The notes under the pieces are model-generated. The model was not told the DNA's origin. It was given only the letters and a program-made list of their open reading frames with translations, and ran no database searches. Made by a program: the position numbers and the translations under genes. Of a stretch of DNA of 64,000 nt, positions 41,385 to 51,490 are shown one piece after another; the stretch's first letter is position 1; every line of letters begins with the position of its first letter. Where the stretch lies: contig JAYZAL010000001.1 of the NCBI GenBank assembly GCA_036339735.1, positions 1 to 64,000 on the forward strand, written 5' to 3'. The stretch is from Candidatus Poribacteria bacterium (GTDB lineage Bacteria > Poribacteria > WGA-4E > UBA9662).

Positions 41385-42242
41385 ATGATTGAGACTGACT
41401 CAACTTCAACTCAACAAAATAGTATATCTGCCACCCAAATTTATGATTTGTGGAAAACTTTTGATGGTCATTTACAAGCATTAAAAGGCGTTAATCTGGC
41501 TGTACAGACGGGTGAGATGGTCGGTTTAATTGGCACGTCTGGGTCTGGAAAGTCGACCCTTTTGCGACATGTCTCAGGCTTAGTTGCGTCGGACCCCCGC
41601 CCAGAGTGTAAAGTCTCAGTTTTTGGACAAATAGTTCAATCAGGGGGACAAATTCAACCAGACGTACGCAAGATTCGGGCTGGAATAGGTTTTGTTTTTC
41701 AACAATTCAACTTGGTATCCCGAATGTCTGTTTTGAAGAATGTATTGGTTGGCCGGTTAGCCCAAATCCCAAAGTATCGCAGTTTCTTCTCTTTGTTTAC
41801 CCGAGATGAGAAACTTTCTGCAATACAGGCACTCAACCGAGTTGGGCTCTCGGATCAAGCTACTCAACGAGCAAGTACTTTGTCAGGCGGACAACAACAA
41901 CGAGTTGCGATTGCTCGTGCGCTACAACAACAAGCAAAAATTATATTAGCAGATGAGCCAATAGCATCACTTGACCCCGAATCAGCGCGGCTAGTCATGG
42001 AAACTTTGCGTGAATTGAACCAAAAAGATCAAATTACGGTGATTGTTAGCCTGCACCAAATCAATTTTGCAAGCCAGTTCTGCCCACGGATTGTAGCACT
42101 TAAGTCAGGTGAAATTGTCTTTGATGGGGCCGCTGAAGATTTATCAAATGATTATCTCCATTGGATTTACGATTCAGAAGACAGCTTAGAACCAATGTTA
42201 ATACCAAATAATATTTCAAATGAAAGAAAAATGTTTGGGTAA
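41385..42242 (+). CDS. phnC: Phosphonate ABC transporter ATP-binding protein
   Basis: [57 protein letters not shown]. Confidence 0.9.
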   Translation: MIETDSTSTQQNSISATQIYDLWKTFDGHLQALKGVNLAVQTGEMVGLIGTSGSGKSTLLRHVSGLVASDPRPECKVSVFGQIVQSGGQIQPDVRKIRAGIGFVFQQFNLVSRMSVLKNVLVGRLAQIPKYRSFFSLFTRDEKLSAIQALNRVGLSDQATQRASTLSGGQQQRVAIARALQQQAKIILADEPIASLDPESARLVMETLRELNQKDQITVIVSLHQINFASQFCPRIVALKSGEIVFDGAAEDLSNDYLHWIYDSEDSLEPMLIPNNISNERKMFG

Positions 42243-42246
42243 GACA

Positions 42247-43062
42247 ATGTCGAGGCCTCTTAAGATTGAAGATCAATTCTCCGAATTAGAAATTCCAAAG
42301 ACACCACTAAGTATTATTCTCATTCGTCTATTTTCCACAGTAGTAATACTATCGATTTTACTGTTTTCAATCAAAGGTGCAGAAATTCGGTTTGGTGATC
42401 TATGGACAAACTGGGACAACATGGTTCAATACGGTAGTGGTTTCCTGAAGCCTGATTTTATCGATTGGCCTGATTACCTACAAGAAATGATTATTACCCT
42501 ACAAATTGCTGCTTGGGGAACTTTTCTTGCTATTATTGGTGCCATACCTTTTGGTTTAATGTGTTCTGCGAATTTATCTCCTGTTTGGTTATCCCAACCA
42601 GTGAGGCGTATGATGGACTTGCTTCGCTCTGTAAACGAAATGGTTTTTGCCATGTTATTTATTGCAGCTGTTGGTTTAGGACCATTCGCAGGTGTTTTGG
42701 CGTTAACTCTGCACACTCTTGGTTCATTGAGCAAGCTATTCTCTGAGGTCGTTGAAGCGATTGACCCCCAACCCGTTGAAGGTATTCGAGCGACAGGAGC
42801 AACCTCGATCGAGGAAATCATTTATGGAGTTCTCCCGCAAGTTTTTCCGCTTTGGATTTCTTATTCCTTGTACCGGTTCGAAGCTAATGTACGCTCAGCT
42901 AGCGTAATTGGTATGGTTGGTGCTGGTGGTATCGGAATGTTATTATGGGATGCTATTCGTGGCTTTGACTATAGCAAAACAGCAGCCATTATCTTGATAA
43001 TTGTAGTCGTCGTTAGCTTCCTCGACTTCACTTCAGCCCGTATCCGACGTATCTACATCTAA
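42247..43062 (+). CDS. phnE: Phosphonate ABC transporter permease (start at ATG 42247)
   Basis: [56 protein letters not shown]. Confidence 0.92.
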   Translation: MSRPLKIEDQFSELEIPKTPLSIILIRLFSTVVILSILLFSIKGAEIRFGDLWTNWDNMVQYGSGFLKPDFIDWPDYLQEMIITLQIAAWGTFLAIIGAIPFGLMCSANLSPVWLSQPVRRMMDLLRSVNEMVFAMLFIAAVGLGPFAGVLALTLHTLGSLSKLFSEVVEAIDPQPVEGIRATGATSIEEIIYGVLPQVFPLWISYSLYRFEANVRSASVIGMVGAGGIGMLLWDAIRGFDYSKTAAIILIIVVVVSFLDFTSARIRRIYI

Positions 43063-43099
43063 CCTAATCGATAATGACAATCACCGATAAAGTTCTCAA

Positions 43100-43471
43100 T
43101 TAGGCCAGCATATCGATTGGATCATAGCTAACGCTCAGGTTTCGACTGGAAAACTGTTCGTAACTGGGTGTAGGTTGGGGAGTAGTTGGTGGTTGTGTAC
43201 GATCCTGTGACGTCGGTGGCATAGTACGTTGAACGGTCATCCGTTGACTAACCAGAGAAAACTGTCTTTGCTGTGGTCTCTGGTTTTGAGCTTCTTCCTC
43301 CGCAGCCTGATTGTCAGCTTCAGCTTCCTGTAACGAGCCGAGCTCAGCTTGTTGCGTCTCTAAACGCTCAAGACGTTTGCGAGCTTCATCAGCCGAATTC
43401 TTAAACTTATCTTGGTCGAACGTGAGTTTTCGATAAAAAAGCGGGGATTGTAAATCTGTAGTAATTGCCAT
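43100..43471 (-). CDS. Hypothetical Q/P/T-rich protein
   Basis: 123-aa ORF with a short coiled coil and a low-complexity tail ending PIDMLA. Confidence 0.6.
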   Translation of the reverse strand: MAITTDLQSPLFYRKLTFDQDKFKNSADEARKRLERLETQQAELGSLQEAEADNQAAEEEAQNQRPQQRQFSLVSQRMTVQRTMPPTSQDRTQPPTTPQPTPSYEQFSSRNLSVSYDPIDMLA

Positions 43472-43969
43472 TCGAGAATTCTAGTTATTAATGAGCAAAT
43501 CTTGCTTGGTTTTTTAAGGCCAACGGGAAAGATCTACAGATCTTTATATTCTGACAGAGGACACAGTTACCCTCTTTTATACATCACACCCTAGTTACCA
43601 TTCAAATGCAGCCCCGTTGAACAACAACCTGACTCTAGATAGTGTGTAGTCAACAAGACAATAAAATAGGATAACCTAAACACAGGCGATTATATCATTG
43701 AGGACAAATTAGGTCAAAGAAAATGTTGTCTCGCAGTTAGCCTTAATGGTTTCAGAAAATTCACCCAGAAACAGTCGTGGTACAATAGCGCTCATTTTAC
43801 GTGTTTATTCAATTTTATTCAATCAATCGATAATACACCCGTAGGCAATTATATTTTTCTCCCTTCAAAATTAACGGCTTTCATATTAACTAAGGCCTAA
43901 CTGTCAATCTAGCGCTTATAGATGATTTACTAGGGTTAAGACCGTACAGGTGCCCCAAATTGCTATCGA

Positions 43970-44006
43970 AAAAGTGGAAAAATCAGACGAAAGGACCCTT
44001 TCGTCT
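43970..44006 (-). terminator. Intrinsic terminator after tsaC
   Basis: AGACGAAAG/CTTTCGTCT stem (43985-44006) followed by T-rich sequence on the minus strand. Confidence 0.7.
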
Positions 44007-44584
44007 TAATCCAACGACAAATCAACTGAGCCTTGGCGCCTGATTTTGGGAGGTCGAGTTGTTAAATCTAAAACAGTAGAGGAAACTTGAATTTTTGTTG
44101 GTCCACCATCCAAGATTAATAATTCATCACCTAGCTGTTGGCAAACTTGAAGAGCAGTAGTCGCAGGTGGGTAGTCAGAGCGATTCGCACTAGTCGTAGC
44201 AATGGGGCTGCCAAATTCTTGGATTAACTGACATGCTAATCTATTAGCAGGTACGCGGATACCAATTGTCGACTGGCCAGCGGTCACCACTTTGGGTAGC
44301 TCTGGTTTTGCTTTCAAAATCATGGTTAACGCTCCAGGCCAATACTTCTCAGCAAGTTCAAAAAACAGAGGGGGAACTTCTTTAACTACTAGTGTTGCTT
44401 GTTCAATCGATGAAATCAACAAAGGTATGGGTTTATTACTGGGTCGCCCCTTGTAGATAAATAGTTTTTGAACAGCTTCTGAGTTGAAAGGGTCAGCTCC
44501 AAGTCCGTATACTGTATCTGTTGGAAAAGCAATAACTTCACCAATTTGTAGTATGCGAACAGCTTGTTGAATCTTTTCTATCAT
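44006..44584 (-). CDS. tsaC: L-threonylcarbamoyladenylate synthase (YrdC/Sua5 domain)
   Basis: VIAFPTDTVYGL, KGRPSNKP, WPGALT, GIRVP, TSANRS, STVLD. Confidence 0.93.
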   Translation of the reverse strand: MIEKIQQAVRILQIGEVIAFPTDTVYGLGADPFNSEAVQKLFIYKGRPSNKPIPLLISSIEQATLVVKEVPPLFFELAEKYWPGALTMILKAKPELPKVVTAGQSTIGIRVPANRLACQLIQEFGSPIATTSANRSDYPPATTALQVCQQLGDELLILDGGPTKIQVSSTVLDLTTRPPKIRRQGSVDLSLD

Positions 44585-44596
44585 TATGTCTTTGGG

Positions 44597-45637
44597 TTAT
44601 ACAATTTCGGATCTGGCTGAAGCATTAAGGTCGAAATCGTCCCTTTGGCCTTGACAATATTTATGGTAAGCTAATCCCGCAATCATTGCCGCGTTATCAG
44701 TACAAAGACGTATGGAAGGATAAAAAACCTTTGCTCCAATTTCCTCACCAGCAATTTCCATTTCCTTCCTCAAAAGACTATTAGCTGCTACTCCACCCGT
44801 CAACGTAATTGTTCGATATCCTTTTTCTCTGGTTGCTCGTATAGTTTTTGCTACCAAAACCTCAACTGCAGCGGATTGAAAGCTCGCTGCAATATCTTCA
44901 ACAGATGGAAGTTCTTGATTTTTCTTGGCTTTCTCGACAAAGTTTCGGACTGATGTTTTAATTCCGCTATAGCTAAATTGGTAATTTCCACTATTCAACA
45001 TGGGACGTGGAAATGCAATGGCTGTTTCGTCTCCCATCTTAGCAAGATCATCAATAATTTTGCCCCCTGGAAATCCTAATCCTAGGTATTTTGCTACTTT
45101 ATCGTATGCTTCTCCCGCAGCATCATCTTGAGTACTACCTAATACATGATAGTTTTCCCATCCTTCTAGCACTTCTACTAGTAAAGTATGTCCACCAGAA
45201 ACAGTCAAACATAAGTGTGGAAATGTAAGTTGATCATGTTCCATAAATGGTGCATAAATATGTCCTTCAATGTGGTTAATACCAAGTAGAGGAAGTTGAC
45301 AGCAATATGCCAAACTTTTCGCTGCGGAGACACCGACCAGTAAAGCCCCAATCAAGCCTGGCCGGTTGGTTACAGCAATAGCAGAAAGATCAGTCAGATT
45401 GACATCAGCTTTTTGTAATGCTTCCTCAATAATGTAATTTATTAATTCTACATGCTGGCGAGAAGCTAATTCAGGAACGATTCCACCATACTCTTTATGA
45501 AGTTCAATTTGGGAAGAAATAATATTTGACTGAATTGACCTGCCACCTTCAACTACTGCAACTGAAGTGTCATCACAAGAAGTATCAATGCCTAAAATCT
45601 TCATTCCTTCACCTAAAACCTCTTTCTCTTTTGTCAT
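44597..45637 (-). CDS. tsaD: tRNA N6-adenosine threonylcarbamoyltransferase
   Basis: ILGIDTSCDDT, GGIVPELASRQH, NHIEGH, VSGGHT, DDAAGEAYDK, GGVAAN, CTDNAAMI. Confidence 0.96.
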   Translation of the reverse strand: MTKEKEVLGEGMKILGIDTSCDDTSVAVVEGGRSIQSNIISSQIELHKEYGGIVPELASRQHVELINYIIEEALQKADVNLTDLSAIAVTNRPGLIGALLVGVSAAKSLAYCCQLPLLGINHIEGHIYAPFMEHDQLTFPHLCLTVSGGHTLLVEVLEGWENYHVLGSTQDDAAGEAYDKVAKYLGLGFPGGKIIDDLAKMGDETAIAFPRPMLNSGNYQFSYSGIKTSVRNFVEKAKKNQELPSVEDIAASFQSAAVEVLVAKTIRATREKGYRTITLTGGVAANSLLRKEMEIAGEEIGAKVFYPSIRLCTDNAAMIAGLAYHKYCQGQRDDFDLNASARSEIV

Positions 45638-45650
45638 TTATCATTTTGAT

Positions 45651-47522
45651 CTACATTCTACCTTGCATTTGTCCCATCGCCATGATCATACCGTACAATT
45701 GTTGCAACTCTATGACTGAGGTAAATAATTTTATTTCTAAACCATCTTTTTTGGGAGCCACTCCCATAGCAATGCTATAGGTTTGTGGAATTCCAGCTAA
45801 TAATGCTGCAACCATTCCAATGTTAGGATCAGACTGAGCAACCACATTCAAAATTTGGTTAATCATGGTCATGGGAGAGATCCCCATGACCATGTAGCCC
45901 GATGAATCTAGTTCATCAAATAAGCGATCATAGCCGGCGCTTTGATCAAACCCATTATCCAAACCAAGACATGTATCTACAACTGACTTGATAGCTTGTG
46001 GGGTCTCAGCAGTTGAAACAACTAGAAATTGTTCAAAGATAGCATAGTAAAGATGTAATTCGCTGGGCATCATAACACCTAGCTGTGAGTCATCAAATAA
46101 ATCCAAGTTACCAATTCCCTGATTTGGTAGAATATAGTTTTTAATTTCGACTCCCTCATAAATCTCAGTTGAGCCGGCCTCGACCGGTGAATCTGATTCG
46201 TTGAGCCCCATTGCTTGGTAAATGAGAGAGTTAGAACCATACATTAACTGGAAATATCCATTATCAATGAGTTGCTCGAGCTTTTTCTGATCGGTAATTT
46301 TGTAAATCTGAGTTAAGTCAGGAATAACAGAACTAGAAATATTATTAAATCCTGCCGATTGAGGACCAACAGACTTATAGAATTCGGAAGCCAAAGCTGC
46401 AATCTTAGTACTCAATTCCTCGGCATTATCAGGAATTTTCTCTTCACCTGATAATTTCAACATTTTGACCCCCATATCCATTGACCAAATTGCAATCTCA
46501 GCAATTTTGTTAGGATCAAGATTCATCCCGTACGCCATTCCACTACCTTCGGGGATATATTTCAAAAGTGGGAAATTTTCGGGACCGGTTCTAGAAGTAA
46601 TATTTTTAGCAAAAGGCTCAAGGTAGTTACTAATCTGACTATCGGAAATCATCTGTATAAACGGAGTTAATACAATTTCTCCCTTATCGTGCTGCAATGT
46701 TAAACTCAGAGAGTGTATCTGAGATAACCACTGAGATATAGTCTTTAAGATTTCAGTCTGCCCTGTTTCTTGTGAAACTCGTCCAAAAAATTCAGTTACC
46801 ATTGCTTGGTTATTTTCAACTAATCTCTGGATAGAAAAATATGCTGCTATATCATTAGTAGAAGAATTAAGTAGTAAATCAGAAAAACTAGTGGATTTTG
46901 TAATGGGTTTAGCTTCCTTAAGATAAGTTTCAATTACTTGGTGGCAAATTGATCTACTACTTGTAAATACCATGACATTATCTAAAAATAGAAATGACTC
47001 CGAATTAGTTGATTCTCCTTTCTCTCCATTTCTCGGTTTGGTCAGATAAGTAATACTACGGTGTTTTTGCTCTACTAAATCACCTTCTTCCTGACTCAGC
47101 ATTTGTCGGACATCCTCTTGGTTTTCGACATGAACAACAGCCGAAACCGCTACCGGATTCCCCACATTACTCTCATTTGTATGCATAAAAATAGCAAAGC
47201 CACGTGAAAAGTCAAAACCAATTTCTTCTAATTCATTGAGACTCTCAAAACCTGCTGAAAACATATTGGCTAGTATAGCCACTAGCACATCAGTATCTGG
47301 ATCTGAGGTCGGATCCATTTGTGCCATCAAATCACCAACCTCTTGATTGAAGCCTTTTAGATTGCCGACATGAACTAAACCAACAGCCGAGCTTGGTATA
47401 ACTTCCAGCACTGAATCGATTTTTGCACTAGCACTAATCGTTAGTAAAATCAAAACAAAACCGAATAAACGTGTTTCCCAACGGGTAAACATTTGGAACT
47501 CCTGTGGCCAGGTTTTGGCCAT
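45651..47522 (-). CDS. Hypothetical exported protein (DUF3352-like)
   Basis: 623 aa with a signal peptide (ASA-K) and two similar halves starting LEVIP and LKYIP. Confidence 0.6.
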   Translation of the reverse strand: MAKTWPQEFQMFTRWETRLFGFVLILLTISASAKIDSVLEVIPSSAVGLVHVGNLKGFNQEVGDLMAQMDPTSDPDTDVLVAILANMFSAGFESLNELEEIGFDFSRGFAIFMHTNESNVGNPVAVSAVVHVENQEDVRQMLSQEEGDLVEQKHRSITYLTKPRNGEKGESTNSESFLFLDNVMVFTSSRSICHQVIETYLKEAKPITKSTSFSDLLLNSSTNDIAAYFSIQRLVENNQAMVTEFFGRVSQETGQTEILKTISQWLSQIHSLSLTLQHDKGEIVLTPFIQMISDSQISNYLEPFAKNITSRTGPENFPLLKYIPEGSGMAYGMNLDPNKIAEIAIWSMDMGVKMLKLSGEEKIPDNAEELSTKIAALASEFYKSVGPQSAGFNNISSSVIPDLTQIYKITDQKKLEQLIDNGYFQLMYGSNSLIYQAMGLNESDSPVEAGSTEIYEGVEIKNYILPNQGIGNLDLFDDSQLGVMMPSELHLYYAIFEQFLVVSTAETPQAIKSVVDTCLGLDNGFDQSAGYDRLFDELDSSGYMVMGISPMTMINQILNVVAQSDPNIGMVAALLAGIPQTYSIAMGVAPKKDGLEIKLFTSVIELQQLYGMIMAMGQMQGRM

Positions 47523-47682
47523 TTTTATGATTGTTTATTAAACACTAAGACCGTACATACACCCAGATACTAACCGTATTCGCTACTTTTTGATTCAGTG
47601 GGCGCAAGCCGTTTTACTAAAAAACTTTATTTGTATTTAGAAATAATAAGAATCTTTGAACCTTCCATACTTGTAGACCGTA

Positions 47683-48870
47683 TCAAATTTTGATATCAGT
47701 ACGAGTAGAAATTACTTCAACCAAGGACGCGACAAATTTATCGATATCCTCATAACTATTGTATAGGTGAGTTGAAATTCGAAAAACAGGAATGCCTCCA
47801 GCATCTAGAGAAACTACTTGAATTTGATAATCTTGCCACAGGTAGTTGACAACTTTACCATGATCGATACCAGGAATAGTAAAAGTGGTCAAAAAACCAG
47901 ATTGGTCGCTGTCCCTTGGAATCGTCAGTTCAGCCTCTGAAATCTGATCTAAAATTTGGCTTTTTAAATAAGCAGCTAAACTAAGGCAATAGGGCCGAAT
48001 ACGGTCTTCCCAGCCGATCTCTATTTGAAAATCAATCGCTTTACCTAGGCCTGCAAAATGAGTAGAGTCTCTAGTACCTGCCACGTCAAAGCGGTGAGGG
48101 GGTTTTTGATTAAGGCCAAAACCCAAAGTTGCTGGACGCAAATCCAAAAAGGGTTCAGCCAAATAAGCCATGCCTACCCCTTTGGGAGCAAGCAACCACT
48201 TGTGACAGCTAGAGAGATAAAAGTCACAATTCGAAACGTCGATAGGAACCATTCCAACGGCATGGGCACCATCCACAACGGAAAATGCATCATATTCGCG
48301 CGCTAATTGACAAAGATCTTTAACTGGCGTAACCAATCCACTGGTACAGTAGACATGGCTAAAGACTAAGACCTGTGTGTGATAGCTGATGCCCTCTGCA
48401 AAGGCCTCAACTATCTGTCTGGGATCCGATGGTTTAATTGGTAAAGAAATAGTACGAATTTTTAACCCTTTTTGCGCTGCTACATACTCCCAAATATTCT
48501 TGACTGCTCCATACTCTTGATCGCTCATTAGAACTTCATTTCCTGATTCAAGAGGAAGGCCACATGCTGGAATATTCATTCCCATTGTTGTGTTGAGAAC
48601 AAGCGAAATTTGATCCGGATTGGCACCAATGAACTTACCCAACTTCTGTCGACTTTCTTCTACCAAGGGGGCCAGTAATGAACCACCTCCGTTGTTAAGT
48701 GGGTCAGATTCTAGTTCCCGCAAGAGAGAAATGACATATTCAGTAACTGGCCGAGGAGAAGGGCCAACCGTTCCTCCCTGCAGATAAGACACCTTATTAC
48801 TTAGGTAAAATTGTCGACGAACTGACTGCCAGAAAGCCATTTCTTTTTCTGCTAATACGTATTTTGACAT
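47683..48870 (-). CDS. Class V PLP-dependent enzyme (isopenicillin N epimerase / C-S lyase-like)
   Basis: YLQGGTVGP, NTT, VDGAHAVG, SCHKWLLAPKG, GTRD, RIS.HLYN. Confidence 0.88.
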   Translation of the reverse strand: MSKYVLAEKEMAFWQSVRRQFYLSNKVSYLQGGTVGPSPRPVTEYVISLLRELESDPLNNGGGSLLAPLVEESRQKLGKFIGANPDQISLVLNTTMGMNIPACGLPLESGNEVLMSDQEYGAVKNIWEYVAAQKGLKIRTISLPIKPSDPRQIVEAFAEGISYHTQVLVFSHVYCTSGLVTPVKDLCQLAREYDAFSVVDGAHAVGMVPIDVSNCDFYLSSCHKWLLAPKGVGMAYLAEPFLDLRPATLGFGLNQKPPHRFDVAGTRDSTHFAGLGKAIDFQIEIGWEDRIRPYCLSLAAYLKSQILDQISEAELTIPRDSDQSGFLTTFTIPGIDHGKVVNYLWQDYQIQVVSLDAGGIPVFRISTHLYNSYEDIDKFVASLVEVISTRTDIKI

Positions 48871-48963
48871 AATTTAACCGAAAAATTTGTCAGATAGACT
48901 TACCTACCGATTCAAGAATGAATAGCTTATCTTATTAATCATCCAAATCAACAATACTATTTC

Positions 48964-50313
48964 TCAGTAGGATGAAATAACGGATGAAATGACATCAACA
49001 ATCTGGTCAGCCTGTTTAAGTGTCAAGATAAGAGGCGGTGCTACGAATAAAATATTTTCCGGTTCTTCCAAAGCGTGGCTAATTTTACCAATAAGAATCC
49101 CTTTTTCCTTAATTTGATGAACAATCTGGGTTGTTTCTGCTGTTGGTAGGTTGAAGCCATTGGTATCCACTAACTCAATTGCAATCATTAAACCTTTACC
49201 TCTTACTTCTTTCACTATCGCGAAATCAGTTAAGTTTTGCAGTTTTTCCTCTATATAAGTTCCAACCTGACATGAATTTTTCCACAATTGCTCGCCCATC
49301 AAAATATCAATATTTGATAAAGCTGCCGCACAAGCAACTGGGTGGCCTCCATAAGTACAAACTTGCTCAAATTCTAACCTTTCCTCTCCATCACCTAGAA
49401 ACTGATCAAAAACTTGGTCGGTTGCAACACAAGCACCAAGAGGTACATACCCACTTGTAATTCCTTTGGCTAGAGTAATAATATCTGGCTGAATATCCCA
49501 ATGGTGACAAGCAAAAAGTTCTCCAGTTCGACCGAAACCAGTAATCACTTCGTCTATAATCAATAGTAACCCGTATTTGTCACAAATCTCTCGCAGACGA
49601 GGGAAATAATCATCAGGTGGGATAATTACACCTCCACCACCGATAATTGGCTCTGCGATCACCGCCGCTACAGTCTGTGGTCCTTCCCATTGTATAACTT
49701 GCTCAATTTCTTCGACCTTTAGCGGGTCTACATGCTTAAAGCCTGGAGTTAAAGGTTCATATGGAATCCGGCGTCTAGCTTGGCCAGTAGCAGACATCGC
49801 TGCATAGGTAAAGCCATGATAACTACGATAGCGACTAATAATTTTATACCGATTTTCTTTAGGAAATCTTTGTTTTCCATACTGGCGTGCCATCTTAATG
49901 GCAGTTTCGTTGGCTTCTGAACCACTATTGCAAAAGAATGAGTAATTCAGATTCCCAGGGAGTAATTTTGCTAATTTATGGGCTAATAAAGACGCAGGCT
50001 TATTAATTTGAGATAAGGGGTAATAAGGTAATTTCTGTATTTGCCTGTAAACGGCTTCAGCGATTTCTTGGCGACCGTAACCCACATTGACATTCCACAA
50101 CCCCGAATACGCATCCAGATATTGACTCCCATCGTTATCAGTTAAAAAAACACCTTCGCCGTGCTCAAAAACCGTCAGTTCCGCATTTTTCAAATTCTTG
50201 TGTTGATAGAGTGGGTGCCAAATATGATCACGGTCAATATGTTGATAATCTTGTGTTTGTAGGTTCAGAAAATCAGTTGTACTAGTTGTATTTGTTCTAA
50301 AACGCATATCCAT
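48964..50313 (-). CDS. Class III aminotransferase
   Basis: YLDAYSGLWNVNVGYGR, SGSEANE, SYHG, IDEVITGFGRTG, AKGITSGY, TYGGHP. Confidence 0.93.
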   Translation of the reverse strand: MDMRFRTNTTSTTDFLNLQTQDYQHIDRDHIWHPLYQHKNLKNAELTVFEHGEGVFLTDNDGSQYLDAYSGLWNVNVGYGRQEIAEAVYRQIQKLPYYPLSQINKPASLLAHKLAKLLPGNLNYSFFCNSGSEANETAIKMARQYGKQRFPKENRYKIISRYRSYHGFTYAAMSATGQARRRIPYEPLTPGFKHVDPLKVEEIEQVIQWEGPQTVAAVIAEPIIGGGGVIIPPDDYFPRLREICDKYGLLLIIDEVITGFGRTGELFACHHWDIQPDIITLAKGITSGYVPLGACVATDQVFDQFLGDGEERLEFEQVCTYGGHPVACAAALSNIDILMGEQLWKNSCQVGTYIEEKLQNLTDFAIVKEVRGKGLMIAIELVDTNGFNLPTAETTQIVHQIKEKGILIGKISHALEEPENILFVAPPLILTLKQADQIVDVISSVISSY

Positions 50314-50378
50314 TTAACCTAATGACAGATGAGACGACTACATCTTTGAAAATTTGACCAGTTTGTGGAATTCTATAT

Positions 50379-51452
50379 TTACGTATTCAAGGAATCTGAC
50401 ATTTCATCAATGTGGGTGTTATTTGTCAAAACACCAATTTCAACTTCGTAATGTCTTCTACCGCCAGGTTCTAAATACTCTATACTATCGTTAGCACGTT
50501 CAGTTGCTCTTCCACCTAAGCCACAATTAGCCGGTTCCAAACCGACACAGTAAACGGATTCACCTAACATTTTCCACTGAACAAATCGGGGAAACTGTGT
50601 TTTGTGATAGCGAACATAGAGTCCAATACCTTCTCCTGAATTAAAATCTCTATTAGCTAGCGCAACGTGAACATGGTTACTTTCATCTGCCAACATATCG
50701 TGAAGAAAAACCTGCTCTTGGTAATCTGGTTGTGGTTGGCTAAATTGATCGTGTAACCCATTGGCTGATTGCTCATCTCTGGGAGAAACACGTTCAGAAG
50801 GTGCGATCAGTTCACTATTTGGCCCTAAAATTGGCCAACCAACATTAATATGAAATAAAATCATTAGAGGTGATTGTTGCCAACCAATATTTTCTACGAT
50901 GTCTTCGATCTTGACAGAATTACTCCCCAACTCAGTTGTAATTCGTCGAGTTCTTTCCAAGTTGGTTCCAAAAACTGAAGTTTCTCGAACTTTCCCTTGT
51001 ACCCATATACAATAACGATCACCTTCCCATCGAGTGTCGGCCCAGACATTAGTTGCTGGAATGTTCGATACACGCCCATGCAAGCCTAATGGCTCGCCCT
51101 CATCTTTGTTGGCTGGACCAACGTTTGTCATTCCGCAAGTAGTTAGCAAGCCACCGTAAAAAGAGCGTAGCCAACCATTGCCAGATGGTTCATAAAAAGT
51201 AGGTGCAACATCACCAGTACTGGAACGCCAACAAAGGGGAATCCCACGATAGCTAGCAGTTGAGATATCGAGTCCACGGTCTGGCAAGACCGTAAAAGTG
51301 AAACCCGTACCAGTATAGAAATCGATAGATGAGACTCCCTTCTCGGTGCCATCAGTTCGATTTGAGGAACGTAAACCTGCGATTTGAGACATATCGCCGA
51401 CTCTCTTCTGTAAGTCAGATCGAAGCAGGTTCTCACCATAAAGATTCACCAT
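50379..51452 (-). CDS. Aldose 1-epimerase family protein (DUF4432)
   Basis: VLPDRGLDI, GLLTTCG, GLHGR, FHINVGWP, GLEP. Confidence 0.88.
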   Translation of the reverse strand: MVNLYGENLLRSDLQKRVGDMSQIAGLRSSNRTDGTEKGVSSIDFYTGTGFTFTVLPDRGLDISTASYRGIPLCWRSSTGDVAPTFYEPSGNGWLRSFYGGLLTTCGMTNVGPANKDEGEPLGLHGRVSNIPATNVWADTRWEGDRYCIWVQGKVRETSVFGTNLERTRRITTELGSNSVKIEDIVENIGWQQSPLMILFHINVGWPILGPNSELIAPSERVSPRDEQSANGLHDQFSQPQPDYQEQVFLHDMLADESNHVHVALANRDFNSGEGIGLYVRYHKTQFPRFVQWKMLGESVYCVGLEPANCGLGGRATERANDSIEYLEPGGRRHYEVEIGVLTNNTHIDEMSDSLNT

Positions 51453-51490
51453 TAGTTCTCCCTTCCCATTTGTTATGCTCTTGACTGTTA

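Noticed and set aside
43058-43090. ACCGATAA sigma-28 -10-like box after phnE (a similar one at ~62182 on the minus strand)
   Set aside because: No TAAA at the correct spacing, and both point antisense into genes.
43937-47557. 12-mer TAAGACCGTACA present in two intergenic regions (43937-43948 and 47546-47557)
   Set aside because: Flanks do not align, and one shared 12-mer is about what chance gives across this much intergenic DNA.
47683-48870. Class V enzyme as a cysteine desulfurase or selenocysteine lyase linked to the selenate-type transporter
   Set aside because: No catalytic Cys in the C-terminal loop, and it lies 8 kb away.
50260-50313. Aminotransferase N-terminus MDMRFRTNTTS resembles a flagellin start
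   Set aside because: Similarity stops after ~9 residues and the true start is uncertain; likely coincidence.
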